DNA of 64,000 bases from Subdoligranulum sp. CAG:314. Lineage in GTDB: Bacteria; Actinomycetota; Coriobacteriia; Coriobacteriales; Eggerthellaceae. The translations under genes were made by a program, and so were the position numbers. Positions 54,918 to 64,000 of this stretch are shown here, one piece after another (within the stretch, counting starts at the first letter, position 1; each line of letters opens with the position of its first letter). The stretch lies in NCBI GenBank assembly GCA_963635715.1, contig CAVHFS010000001.1, positions 46,452 to 110,451 of the forward strand, in the 5' to 3' direction. The notes beneath the pieces are model-generated. The model saw nothing but the letters and a program-made list of their open reading frames with translations. It was not told the origin of the DNA and made no database searches.

Positions 54918-56642
54918 ATGCTCGTCAACGATTCCGAGAAGCTCTATCCCTCGGCGAAAGTCTTGGTGCGCGACAAGGTCGCGAGCCGCCTTCACGCCAA
55001 AGACGAGAGCCTCTACGATTTCGACGAAGCCGCGCTTGAGTGCGCACGCGAATTCACCGGATGGACGACGCTTGCTAGCAAACCGCCTTATCCGTATAAG
55101 AAAATCCAGACCTTTGCCGACGAGGTTATCGCCGAAGGCTTCAAAACCGTGCTGCTCATCGGCCAGGGCGGCTCCACCCAGGCGCCCATGACCATCACCA
55201 AGTACAACAAGCTCGACCGCAACGCGCTCGATTTCAAGGTGCTCGACTCCGTGTCGCCCGTGCGCGTGCGATCGATTCTTGCGGGGCTCGACCTCGAGCG
55301 CACGCTCGTGCTCGTTTCGAGCAAATCGGGCGGCACCATCGAAATGCGCAGCGTGCTCGATGCCGTGCTCGACCATTTCGAGATGTACATGAAGACGGAG
55401 AAAATCCCCTCGCACCTGGTCGCCATCACCGACCCGGGCAGCGACTTGGAAAAGCGAGCCGCCGAAGAGGGTTGGCGCGCGAGCTTCCCCGGTGAGCCAA
55501 CCGTGGGCGGGCGTTTCAGCGCGCTTTCCGTTTTCGGTTTGGTCCCTGCCGCGCTCGTCGGCATCGACTTGGGAGGCTTCCTCGGCCATGCCAAAGACGC
55601 CGAACGCGTGTGCTGCGAGGATTCCATCGACAACCCCGCCATCACGCTGGCCAGCTTCCTGTACGACAACTATCTCAACGGCCGCGACAAGTTCAGCTTC
55701 CTCACGCCGAAGCGCGGCCGCGTGCTCGGTCTGTGGATTGAGCAGCTCGTTGCCGAGAGCCTCGGGAAGCTCGGCGTGGGCATTCTGCCGAACATCGAGC
55801 TCGACGCGCTGCTCCTCACCGAAGACCCGAAAGACCGCAGCGTCATCACCTACCAAACCAAAACCGACCTGTGGGACGAGCGCAAGAATTTCGACATGAG
55901 CCTGGCCTATCTCGACCCAGCCATTCCACGTTTGTCGTTCCGCATCGACAGCGTGCTCGATTTGGCCGAGCACTTCGTGATGTGGGAATACGCCACGGCC
56001 ATGTGCGGCTATCTTATGAAGCGATGCCCCTTCGACCAGCCCGATGTCGCCTCGACCAAAGCCGCCGCGCTGAAGTTCCTCGCAGAAGGACGCCCCGAGC
56101 CCGACTTCACCGAGAACTTCATCGGCAAAGTGAACATGGGCGAGGCGGAAGTCACCATGGCACCCTGCATCAAGGCCGATACGCTTATGGGTGCGCTGCA
56201 TAACCTGTTCGCGTCCATCGAGCCGGGCGACTATTTCGCACTCGACGCCTTCCTGCCCTTCGATGGCGAAGGACGCCGCGAGGCGCTCGAGGTTATCCGC
56301 CACGGCGTGGCCGACAAGCTCGGCGTGGTGAGCTGCTTGGAAATCGGCCCGCGCTACCTGCACTCCACGGGCCAACTGCAAAAAGGTGGCACGAACAACG
56401 GCGTGTTTCTCGTTGTTTCCGCAGATGAGCTCAAAGATATTCCTTTGCGCCACGTTGAGCCCGAAAGCCTGGGCACCCTGGCGCGCACGCAAGCGGCGGC
56501 CGACCTGTCCATCATGATCGAGCGTGGCCGACGCTGCATGCACCTGCATCTGCCCGATAATTCCGGCGTGACCATTCGCGCGTTGGGCGATGCCATCATG
56601 CATGTGCTGGGCGATATCGAGCGAGAGCGCGCCGCGAAGTAA
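54918..56642 (+). CDS. pgi: glucose-6-phosphate isomerase-family (SIS domain) protein
   Basis: LIGQGGSTQAPMT and LVLVSSKSGGTIE (PGI SIS motifs), 574 aa. The start follows GAAAGAGGA. The longer antisense ORF 54810-56735 is rejected. Confidence 0.65.
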   Translation: MLVNDSEKLYPSAKVLVRDKVASRLHAKDESLYDFDEAALECAREFTGWTTLASKPPYPYKKIQTFADEVIAEGFKTVLLIGQGGSTQAPMTITKYNKLDRNALDFKVLDSVSPVRVRSILAGLDLERTLVLVSSKSGGTIEMRSVLDAVLDHFEMYMKTEKIPSHLVAITDPGSDLEKRAAEEGWRASFPGEPTVGGRFSALSVFGLVPAALVGIDLGGFLGHAKDAERVCCEDSIDNPAITLASFLYDNYLNGRDKFSFLTPKRGRVLGLWIEQLVAESLGKLGVGILPNIELDALLLTEDPKDRSVITYQTKTDLWDERKNFDMSLAYLDPAIPRLSFRIDSVLDLAEHFVMWEYATAMCGYLMKRCPFDQPDVASTKAAALKFLAEGRPEPDFTENFIGKVNMGEAEVTMAPCIKADTLMGALHNLFASIEPGDYFALDAFLPFDGEGRREALEVIRHGVADKLGVVSCLEIGPRYLHSTGQLQKGGTNNGVFLVVSADELKDIPLRHVEPESLGTLARTQAAADLSIMIERGRRCMHLHLPDNSGVTIRALGDAIMHVLGDIERERAAK

Positions 56643-56777
56643 GCCCTCCCCGCAGGCGACAGCGCTCTCTAGCCAGAAAAACCCATAAACGCAACGAAGG
56701 CCCCAGATTGGGGCCTTTCGCATCTTAAGCAGCACTTGGACGAGCCTTCGCCTGCCACAACTTGTCCAAGAGAAGCG

Positions 56778-58295
56778 TCACGCTTCGGGGAAGAACACCT
56801 CGTTAACCGCAGCGGCCTCCTCAAGGGCGCGCTCGCTCGCGCGGCGATTGGCGATCCACGAGCCCACGACCATGCACAAGAGCGACACCGTGATGCCAAT
56901 CACGATTTGATGCAGCCCGAACACTTTGAAACCAAGCGCCATACAGACGCAATACACGAGCGTGCCGCCGACCATGGAAGCGAGCGCGCCTGCTTTGTTC
57001 GCGCGACGGAAGAACAGCGCGCCCACGAACACCCAGCAAAACGCCGTTTCCAAACCGCCGAACGCGAACATGTTGATCTTCCAGATGACATCGGGCGGCA
57101 CGATAGCCAGCACAAACACGATAGCGCCCACGGCCAGGGTAATAATTTGGCTCGAGCGAGCCACCACGGCATCGCTTACTCGCTGACCGCGTTCGTCGGC
57201 CCGATGAAGCCATAGGTCTTTGATAATCGCCGAAGACGATGCGATGAGCAGCGACGACACCGTGGAGATAGACGCCGCGACGGGCCCCACGATCGCTATG
57301 CCCGCAAGCCACGGCGGCAACGTGGCCACAATGGTGCGGGGGATAATATTGTCGACGCTTCCGCCATACGAAGCCAAATCGCCCGTAAGGACGCCCGCGC
57401 ACAGCACACCGAGCGTCGTGACGCCGATCATCATGGCGCCGATGATAACGGTGCCGCCGATCATCGCGGAGCGCAGGCTCTTCGTGTCCTTATAGCCCAT
57501 GCAGCGCACGACCGACTGGGGCAGCGCAAAGGTGAAGATGCCGACGAGCAGCCATTGCGTGAAATACAGCGAAATCGGCATCGTGCCGCCCGAAAGAGGC
57601 TCAAGCATCTGCGGATGGTTCGTGCGGATGGTGTTCATGATGTTTTCCCAGCCGCCACCGGCGACGAGGATGCCCGCCGCGAGCACCACGATTCCCACGA
57701 GCATCGCGATGCCGCACAGCGCGTCGGTCACGGCGACGCCGCGAAAGCCGCCGACCGTCGTGAAGATGATCACCGCAATGCCGAAAAGCGCCAAGCCTAC
57801 GATATAGGAATAGCCCGTGACCGCCTCGAAGAGCTTCGCCCCGCCCACAAACTGCGCGACCATCGTGGCGGCGAAGAACAAAACGATGATGAGCGCGGCG
57901 GCATTGGCGAGCGCGTTGCTGTTGTAGCGCGCGCGAATGACGTCGATTACCGTAACGGCGCCCAGCTTGCGCGAGACGAGCGCCATCTTCTTCCCCATGA
58001 TGCCATACAGCAAAAACAGCGTCGTCACCTGCACGGCGGCCATATAGACCCAGCCGAAGCCCGTCGACCACGCCTGCCCAGGCCCGCCGACGAATGAGCT
58101 CACCGAGCCGTAGGTGGCAATGGTCGTCATGGCCAAGACGAACCCGCCAAGGGTTCGATTGCCGATGAAGTACTCCTTCACGAATTCGCCCTCACCCGCC
58201 GCGCGTGAACGCCGACGCGCAGCGATGGCCAAAGCCAAGGCGATCAAAAGGAAAACGACGATGGGAGCGAGGCCCGCAATGCTAGTCGTTTGCAC
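56778..58295 (-). CDS. panF: sodium/pantothenate symporter (SSS family)
   Basis: The N-terminus aligns with E. coli PanF as I recall it (EYFIGNRTLGGFVLAMTTIATYGSVSSFVGGPGQAW...GWVYMA...GKKMALVSRK). Preceded by a yhdT-like gene, as in enterobacteria. Confidence 0.85.
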   Translation of the reverse strand: MQTTSIAGLAPIVVFLLIALALAIAARRRSRAAGEGEFVKEYFIGNRTLGGFVLAMTTIATYGSVSSFVGGPGQAWSTGFGWVYMAAVQVTTLFLLYGIMGKKMALVSRKLGAVTVIDVIRARYNSNALANAAALIIVLFFAATMVAQFVGGAKLFEAVTGYSYIVGLALFGIAVIIFTTVGGFRGVAVTDALCGIAMLVGIVVLAAGILVAGGGWENIMNTIRTNHPQMLEPLSGGTMPISLYFTQWLLVGIFTFALPQSVVRCMGYKDTKSLRSAMIGGTVIIGAMMIGVTTLGVLCAGVLTGDLASYGGSVDNIIPRTIVATLPPWLAGIAIVGPVAASISTVSSLLIASSSAIIKDLWLHRADERGQRVSDAVVARSSQIITLAVGAIVFVLAIVPPDVIWKINMFAFGGLETAFCWVFVGALFFRRANKAGALASMVGGTLVYCVCMALGFKVFGLHQIVIGITVSLLCMVVGSWIANRRASERALEEAAAVNEVFFPEA

Positions 58296-58563
58296 GGGGA
58301 GCCTCCTCTTCGTCTAGGTCGAAATCGGCGAAGACGCCATGGCCGAGCACGATCGTCGCAGCAATCGCCGCGATCCACGTGCCGATTGTTCCGCCGAAAA
58401 CCCAGATAGGCGTTGAGAATATCTCTATGTCGGTGGCGGAAAGCCCGAAGCCCGCGACTATCCACACGACGACGACCGCGACGAGCGCAACGACCGTCGC
58501 CTTCGCCTCGCGATTGGCCTGAGCCATTTTCTCGCGATACGTCCACGTTCCCTTCGGCTGCAC
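58282..58563 (-). CDS. yhdT: YhdT-family (DUF997) small membrane protein
   Basis: AQANREAKATVVALVAVVVVW parallels YhdT VQAHKEARWALGLTLLYLAVW. GTG start after GGGAGGAG. Overlaps the panF start. Confidence 0.7.
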   Translation of the reverse strand: MQPKGTWTYREKMAQANREAKATVVALVAVVVVWIVAGFGLSATDIEIFSTPIWVFGGTIGTWIAAIAATIVLGHGVFADFDLDEEEAPRAND

Positions 58564-58714
58564 GACTGGCTCCTCCCTTTCGTTCGCGATAAGCGCGCCA
58601 GATCAGACAGTTGCCCATTCTACCTGCCAACGACCAGCCGAAATGTCAATTCGGCCCAATATAGAAAGATTGCGGGGGAAAGCGGGGTATACTTTCGCCG
58701 ATAAGGAGCGTGGC

Positions 58715-60247
58715 ATGCATCTGAAAAAGACCAAGCGCGGCGAGCGCATATATCTGTCGGTCGTGCAGAACTATCGCGAAGGCGGCAAAACCAAAACCAA
58801 GACGATCGAATCGATTGGCTACGTCGACCAATTCGAAGGCCGCTTCGCCGACCCCATCGCGCATTTTCGCAAATACGTCGATACGCTCAACGAACAGCGA
58901 AAACGCGAAAACCCACCCGTCACGCTCACCTTTTCGCGAGATGCCACCATCGATGCGGGGCACGTGGCGCAGGCGCGTTGGGGAAGCGCGCTCGCCCTGG
59001 CCTACCTGGACGCTCTGGGCGTTCGCTCGTTTTTCGAAGACCGCGCAGGCCACGCAGAATCGCCCGCGCACGCTGGGCGCATTTTCGAGATGTTGGCATC
59101 GGAGCGAATGATCCACGTTGCGCCGAAGCGCGAAACCTGGCAGCGCCGCTCTTCCTTTCCACGAACGTGCGATTTCACGCTCGCCGACATGTATGCCGCC
59201 TTCCCGTATTTTTCGCGCAAAGAGCGCAGCTTGGTGGCGCATCTCTCGAAGGCCTACCAGGAAATACGAGGGCCCTACCAGGTGAATTCGGTGCTTCTCG
59301 TGCTGGCCTCGTTCACTTTGGCCGATACGGGCGACGTGAACGCGGGCGATGCTGAATCGGGCTCAGACCGAAGCGAGGGGCTTTCCATGGGCATCGGTAT
59401 GCTGCTCGACCGCACAGGCATCCCCATGACCTACCATGTCACAACCGCGACGCCGACCGTCCAAGAGGTGGCGGCGCTTATCTCGGAGGCGAAGCGCGAT
59501 TTCGGAGCAAAGCGCGTCATCGTCGTCGCTGGGCGCACGCCTCACGCTCGCGAGCTCGCCAAAAGCCTCGGTGGGAGCGGCGACGGCTTCGTCTTCTTCC
59601 GCCCGCTCGACTCCGCCGCGTTCGACCTGCAGGCCTGGGTCGCAGACTCATCCGACTACATCACCACGCATTCGGGCAGGTACAAAGTGAAATCGCGCAC
59701 CGACGAAATGGACGGTATGCGCGTGAAAGACACCGTGCTTTGGGGGCGCGACTACGCGAAATTCGCCCGCAAGGGCCGCGCGGAAGACGCGCGCGATTCC
59801 GCGCTCGACGGGTACATCTGCATTTCGTCGACCGAAACGCGCCTCAACGCGGGCACGCTGTTTCATATCTACCGCGAATTGTGGCGCCTCACCGAACCGT
59901 TTCAGCTGCTCGAATCGGATTTCTCGCCGTCGCCCTACCCTGTTTCCCACGCGGTTCACATGCGCGCGCATTTCTTAACGTGCTATGCGTCGTTTTTCGC
60001 GTTGCGCCTGCTGCGCAGCGATATGGGATGGAGCCGCAATGCCGCCCAAGTGGCCGACGCGCTTTTGCGTATGGAAGGAAGCCATTTGGCCGAGAACTGG
60101 TTTTTGTTCAGCTATCGCAGCCCCGTAACCGACGAAATCGAGCAGGCGGCCGGCGTTGATGTCGCGCGGCGCCTGCGAACGTCCGCCGACATCAAACGCG
60201 AAATCGTCAAGGCGAGGGCGCATATCGAAAGGAAGCCCCAACACTAA
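58715..60247 (+). CDS. IS1634-family (IS4-like DDE) transposase
   Basis: MHLKKTKRGERIYLSVVQNYREGGKTKTKTIESIGYVDQF is the typical IS1634 N-terminus. Start after AAGGAG. I found no terminal inverted repeats. Confidence 0.75.
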   Translation: MHLKKTKRGERIYLSVVQNYREGGKTKTKTIESIGYVDQFEGRFADPIAHFRKYVDTLNEQRKRENPPVTLTFSRDATIDAGHVAQARWGSALALAYLDALGVRSFFEDRAGHAESPAHAGRIFEMLASERMIHVAPKRETWQRRSSFPRTCDFTLADMYAAFPYFSRKERSLVAHLSKAYQEIRGPYQVNSVLLVLASFTLADTGDVNAGDAESGSDRSEGLSMGIGMLLDRTGIPMTYHVTTATPTVQEVAALISEAKRDFGAKRVIVVAGRTPHARELAKSLGGSGDGFVFFRPLDSAAFDLQAWVADSSDYITTHSGRYKVKSRTDEMDGMRVKDTVLWGRDYAKFARKGRAEDARDSALDGYICISSTETRLNAGTLFHIYRELWRLTEPFQLLESDFSPSPYPVSHAVHMRAHFLTCYASFFALRLLRSDMGWSRNAAQVADALLRMEGSHLAENWFLFSYRSPVTDEIEQAAGVDVARRLRTSADIKREIVKARAHIERKPQH

Positions 60248-60248
60248 A

Positions 60249-60273
60249 AAGGCCGCTCATTGCGAGCGGCCTT
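60249..60273. terminator. bidirectional terminator hairpin
   Basis: AAGGCCGCTC-ATTGC-GAGCGGCCTT, with an A tract before and a T-rich run after. Between convergent genes. Confidence 0.65.
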
Positions 60274-60277
60274 CGCT

Positions 60278-60991
60278 TTACAGACCAAGCGCCTTTTTCA
60301 GCGCCGATACCCGTCTGCGAGAAACGGGAATCTTCTCGTCGGAAGCGTTAATCGACAACAGCAGCGTTCCGCCCGCGACCGGCTCAACCTCTTCCACATG
60401 GGAAAGGTTCACCAGGTACCCGCGATGCACGCGGAAAAATCCGTGGCCATCGAGGCGTTTTTCCAGTTGAGCAAGCGAAACCGTCGAGAAATAACGATCG
60501 TTGTCGGTTTGCAGGTAAGCGTAATCGTCGCGCGCCATAACGAAGCGAATGCTATCGATGGGAACGAGAATCTTCTTGCCGCTTTTCTCGACGGCGATTC
60601 GCTCGGACTGACTCGCCTTCACGTGGAGCGTGATGTACTCGCTCGCGCGGTTCACAGCCTGCTGCAGTCGATCGATTTCGACGGGCTTCACCAAATAGTC
60701 GACCGCGTTCACCTTGAAGCCATCGAGCGCATGCTCGCTGTAGGCGGTGACGAAAATAACCGCTGGGGGATTCTTCAAGCGCTGCAGCGCCTCGGCGAAT
60801 TGCAGGCCCGTGACCTCGGGCATGCTCACATCGAGGAACAGCACATCCACGGGATAACTCTGCATCTTTTCGATGGCCTCGCGCACGCTCGCAGCCTCGG
60901 CGAGAACCTCGACTCCGCCGACCTCGCCCAGCAAGTAGCGCAGCTCGGAGCGAGCAGGTGCCTCGTCATCGACGATGATCGCATTCAGCAC
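60278..60991 (-). CDS. LytTR-family two-component response regulator
   Basis: REC domain IIVDDEAPARSEL...LFLDVSMPEVTG and a C-terminal LytTR domain (FFRVHRGYLVNLSHV). GTG start after GGGGGA. Confidence 0.88.
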   Translation of the reverse strand: MLNAIIVDDEAPARSELRYLLGEVGGVEVLAEAASVREAIEKMQSYPVDVLFLDVSMPEVTGLQFAEALQRLKNPPAVIFVTAYSEHALDGFKVNAVDYLVKPVEIDRLQQAVNRASEYITLHVKASQSERIAVEKSGKKILVPIDSIRFVMARDDYAYLQTDNDRYFSTVSLAQLEKRLDGHGFFRVHRGYLVNLSHVEEVEPVAGGTLLLSINASDEKIPVSRRRVSALKKALGL

Positions 60992-61269
60992 GGCATCCCC
61001 CAATATCGAAATTTCCTGACATAAGACGGGCTATGCCGATGGGCGCCGAACGGCGCAAAACAACCGGCGAGCGTAACCCGCATACGAATAGTAGCCCAAA
61101 TCTTCATGCGGGGAAAGCAGATAAACAGGTATTGGGATATCTTTAGCCCCATTCCACGCAAGCTATAAATTTTCTCGATACGAACTACCGCTTACCGGCT
61201 ATTCCATACCGTTTGCGGCCGTAGCAAATCCAGTCGCCGAAAAGGGCAGGCGAACCTGTCCCTCAGAAA

Positions 61270-62565
61270 TCAGTCTTCTATGAGCCCGTCTTTCATGATC
61301 ATGGTAACGCTCGTGCCCTCACCTGGGTTCGACTCAACCTCCATGCGAGATTCGGTTCCGAAGTAGCCGCGCAAACGCTCGTTGATATTCTTCATGGCAA
61401 TGCCGAGCCCCTTCGATGCCTCGGGCCGCAAGAGCTTGCGACGCTGCTCGGCGTCCATGCCGACGCCATTGTCGGAGACAGTGATGTAGAGGTCGTCGCC
61501 TTCGCTGCGCGCCGAAACTCGAATCTCGAGCTTGCCCTCTTGCGGCATAGCGTGGCGCACCGCATTCTCCACAAGCGGCTGCACCATAAACGCCGGCACC
61601 ATCACGCTTTCCAACCCAGGCTCGATGTCCACCACCATCGCAAGGCGATCTTCGCCGAAACGCGCCGTCTCGAACGTGAAATAGCGCATGGTCTGCTCAA
61701 CCTCGCGCGAGAGCTCCAGCAAATCGTCGGAATTCTCGAGCGTGCGACGGTAGAACACGGCGAACTCGCGCAGCAGCATGCGGGCCCGCTCGGGGTCGGT
61801 TCGCACGAGCGAGGCGATGGTATTGATGGTATTGAACAGAAAATGCGGGTTGATCTGGCTTTGCAGGGCCTTCAGCTCCATGGTGGTGGCGAGCTTGGTC
61901 TGCTGTTCGAGCTCAACTGCGGCGATTTGGGTCGAAAGCAGCTGCCCAAGGCCCTCGGCCAGCGCCACCTGGGTTTCGGTGATGTCGCGCGCCTTGCGAT
62001 AGTAAAACTTCAGCGTTCCGATAATCGCGTCGCCTCGCGTAAGTGGCACGATGATGCCCGCCTTCAGGCCCTTGATGCTATCGGGGAAGCCGATTTCTTG
62101 CGGAGTGGTGAGCACGCGCAGCTTGCCATCTTCGAGCGTGGCATGCGTCGCCTTCGTGCGAATAGGGGCGCCGCCTGGGCTGATCTCCTCATCGTCGCCC
62201 GCATAGCCCAAAATAGCCTCGCGGTCGGTGATGGCGACCGCCTGCGCTCCAATCGTTGGAAGCAGCAGATGGCAAACCTTTTGCGCCGTGGGGATGTCGA
62301 ATCCCTCCTGGAAGCACTCAAGCGTTTGCGAGGCTATGCGCAAGATGGTGTCGGACTGTCGTGCACGCACTGTATCGGGATTGAGGCGCAGATAAATCAG
62401 CAGCGCGACGGAAATCGTGAACGAGATTCCCGCCACCACGTTCAAATTGCCCAGCGTCACCGGCCACGCGATAGCCGCGGCCAAAACGGCCGCCGAGAGA
62501 ATGCATACCGCGGCAAGCAAGACGTCGAGCACTCGTGCGTACATATTGCGAGGCGCTTTCGGCAT
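61270..62565 (-). CDS. sensor histidine kinase, LytS/YehU-type (His_kinase plus HATPase_c) with two N-terminal TM helices and a GAF-like domain
   Basis: LQSQINPHFLFNTINTIASLV (PF06580 signature), then NAVRHA...DNGVGM...GLGIAMKNINERL. Confidence 0.85.
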   Translation of the reverse strand: MPKAPRNMYARVLDVLLAAVCILSAAVLAAAIAWPVTLGNLNVVAGISFTISVALLIYLRLNPDTVRARQSDTILRIASQTLECFQEGFDIPTAQKVCHLLLPTIGAQAVAITDREAILGYAGDDEEISPGGAPIRTKATHATLEDGKLRVLTTPQEIGFPDSIKGLKAGIIVPLTRGDAIIGTLKFYYRKARDITETQVALAEGLGQLLSTQIAAVELEQQTKLATTMELKALQSQINPHFLFNTINTIASLVRTDPERARMLLREFAVFYRRTLENSDDLLELSREVEQTMRYFTFETARFGEDRLAMVVDIEPGLESVMVPAFMVQPLVENAVRHAMPQEGKLEIRVSARSEGDDLYITVSDNGVGMDAEQRRKLLRPEASKGLGIAMKNINERLRGYFGTESRMEVESNPGEGTSVTMIMKDGLIED

Positions 62566-62665
62566 GAGACGGTCCTTTCGAGAGAAGACAGATATAGAAC
62601 GAGGGGGCGTGGGTCAGAGAAACCGTCCCTTTGATCCGCGCTAAGCCATACGGAGGTTAAAGGCG

Positions 62666-63535
62666 CTACAGCACGCCAGCTTCGTTGAGGACGAGCAAAG
62701 CCGCAGCCAGCAGCAGGAACCCCGCAAACATAAAGCGAAGCTCTCGCTCGGGGACGCGCTTTACGAGATTGGCTCCGAGCACAGCGCCGGGAATAGAGCC
62801 GACCATCATGGCAACGCCCACCAGATAGTCGATGTTGCCAAGCATACCCTGCTCAATGACGCCTGGAATCGCCAGGATGCACACTGCCGTAAGCGATGTG
62901 CCCGAGGCCAACCGCATGGGAATCCCGAGCATGCTCACGAACAGCGGCACCATGATGAAGCCGCCGCCCACGCCGACATAGCCGCTCATGAACCCGGCGA
63001 CGATTCCGATGAAGGCGATCTTCGCGATAACCGCAGGAGAGAAGGCGAAGGCGGGCGTTTCCGAAACATCCGCTGGGACCGAGGCTGGTTTCACGTTCGA
63101 TGCTCCCGCCGGCGCGTTCGCCGCACCAGGATTCGCCTGCGCGCACGCCGCCGCTTTCCCTCGCTTGGGCGCCTTCAGGGCCTTTTTGAACATCGTGTAC
63201 GACGAATACGCAACAACGCATGCCGCCGCGCCCATAATCGCCCAGCCAGGAGAAACGCTCGCTGCCCACACGCCGATAGGCGACAGGCATGCACCCGCGA
63301 TGCCGCACACGACGCCCACGCGCGGCAGCGACGTTTTGTTATTATGGTGCTTCCACATGCCCGAAATGGAGGTCGGCACGATGGTGAACAGCGATGTCGC
63401 CGTGGCGACGATGGGCTGCATGCCGAACGCCAAACGAAACAGCGGCACCATGACCGTGCCGCCTCCAATACCCAAAAGGCCCGACAGAACGCCGATGCCA
63501 ACGCCCGCGATGGCGGCGATTGCAAACGAAATCAT
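62666..63535 (-). CDS. TauE/SafE-family sulfite exporter-like membrane protein
   Basis: GLLGIGGGTVMVPLF and GVGGGFIMVPLF duplicated motifs. A central Ala/Pro-rich loop insertion. Confidence 0.8.
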   Translation of the reverse strand: MISFAIAAIAGVGIGVLSGLLGIGGGTVMVPLFRLAFGMQPIVATATSLFTIVPTSISGMWKHHNNKTSLPRVGVVCGIAGACLSPIGVWAASVSPGWAIMGAAACVVAYSSYTMFKKALKAPKRGKAAACAQANPGAANAPAGASNVKPASVPADVSETPAFAFSPAVIAKIAFIGIVAGFMSGYVGVGGGFIMVPLFVSMLGIPMRLASGTSLTAVCILAIPGVIEQGMLGNIDYLVGVAMMVGSIPGAVLGANLVKRVPERELRFMFAGFLLLAAALLVLNEAGVL

Positions 63536-63560
63536 AGAGAAGCTTTCTTATATTTCCGAG

Positions 63561-64000
63561 TTATTCCGCACTGCCCATATTGAGCCGGATTTCGGTCGTG
63601 GCGCCAGGGTCGATTCCGCCAGCGGCGCCCCATTCGACGCGCCGTGCATGCTCCGCTTCGGCCTGACTGGCATCGCGATTCGCCGACCCCATGAGCACGC
63701 TCTGCAAAATGGCGTCGTTGGACATGCGCTCCATAATGGCTGGCCACATAGACTGGAATGAGAAATACCGCGAGCAATGCTCTTCGGCGTAACGCGACGC
63801 CTCGCCCGTCGCCGCGCGGGCGGCTCGGCGATACCCTTGCCCATCGGGTCGGCCAATGCTGCGCAGCAAAGCGGTGCGACGAATGCGCTTCGTAATTCCA
63901 GGCTCCAAAAACGGCCCAGGATACGGCAGAAGCGACTGAGGCTTGATCTGCAGAAGGTCAATCTGCGTGCGTGCGTATTCAATCTTTCGGTATTCGTAGA
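63561..64000 (-). CDS. hypothetical protein; 5' end outside the window
   Basis: The frame of the 63561-63908 ORF stays open to the window edge in my translation (YEYRKIEYARTQIDLLQIKPQSLLPYPGPFLEPGITKR...). No family recognised. The overlapping 63548-63982 frame is Arg-rich junk. Confidence 0.4.
   Translation of the reverse strand, partial: YEYRKIEYARTQIDLLQIKPQSLLPYPGPFLEPGITKRIRRTALLRSIGRPDGQGYRRAARAATGEASRYAEEHCSRYFSFQSMWPAIMERMSNDAILQSVLMGSANRDASQAEAEHARRVEWGAAGGIDPGATTEIRLNMGSAE

Noticed and set aside
54810-56735. 641-aa minus-strand ORF, longer than the pgi call
   Set aside because: It has no motifs and an antisense-type composition. The plus strand has PGI/SIS signatures and a good SD.
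61540-62634. 364-aa plus-strand ORF
   Set aside because: Antisense to the histidine kinase gene.

Overview
High-GC bacterial chromosome segment. The gene content and motifs (a dnaK-grpE-dnaJ-hspR-clpB operon, an LAxTG sorting signal, Tat signal peptides, nikR-hypFCDE, a small ferredoxin) suggest an anaerobic member of the Actinomycetota, plausibly Coriobacteriia; this is inference only. Housekeeping blocks are: FAD oxidoreductases (1-2.5 kb); a four-gene secreted or surface protein cluster (2.5-7 kb); tRNA-Met(CAU); a PARG-like macro protein, thioesterase, RlmK-like methyltransferase and NUDIX (16.5-19.8 kb); lrgAB and a HAD hydrolase; csoR-copA; the heat-shock block clpB-hspR-dnaJ-grpE-dnaK; an AEC transporter; a Na+/H+ antiporter; htpG with a CIRCE operator; ferredoxin and hxlR; nikR-hypFCDE; pgi; yhdT-panF; a LytS/LytTR-type two-component pair; and a TauE exporter. 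Two patches that look more AT-rich by eye are accessory: about 7.0-16.2 kb (ending at the 3' end of tRNA-Met) and about 41.2-47.3 kb. Together they hold three AAA_14/DUF4143 ATPase paralogs (one internally deleted), three AlbA_2/Schlafen-like paralogs (one apparently internally deleted), phd-vapC, two dead MmeI-family C-terminal tails, a 922-bp degenerate IS3-family element, a YraN-like ORF, an SRA-like/HNH endonuclease and a MutT-CPBP pair. The most unusual signal is non-coding. Three unrelated families of helically phased repeats sit next to the AlbA_2 and AAA paralogs: seven perfect 22-bp tandem repeats framed by an inverted repeat; a hairpin element present three times that brackets single cassettes; and a 147-bp direct repeat pair with an 11-bp ACTTGCT periodicity flanking one gene. 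No CRISPR array, rRNA, integrase or intact prophage was seen. Many long ORFs in the track are antisense artefacts of high GC content.
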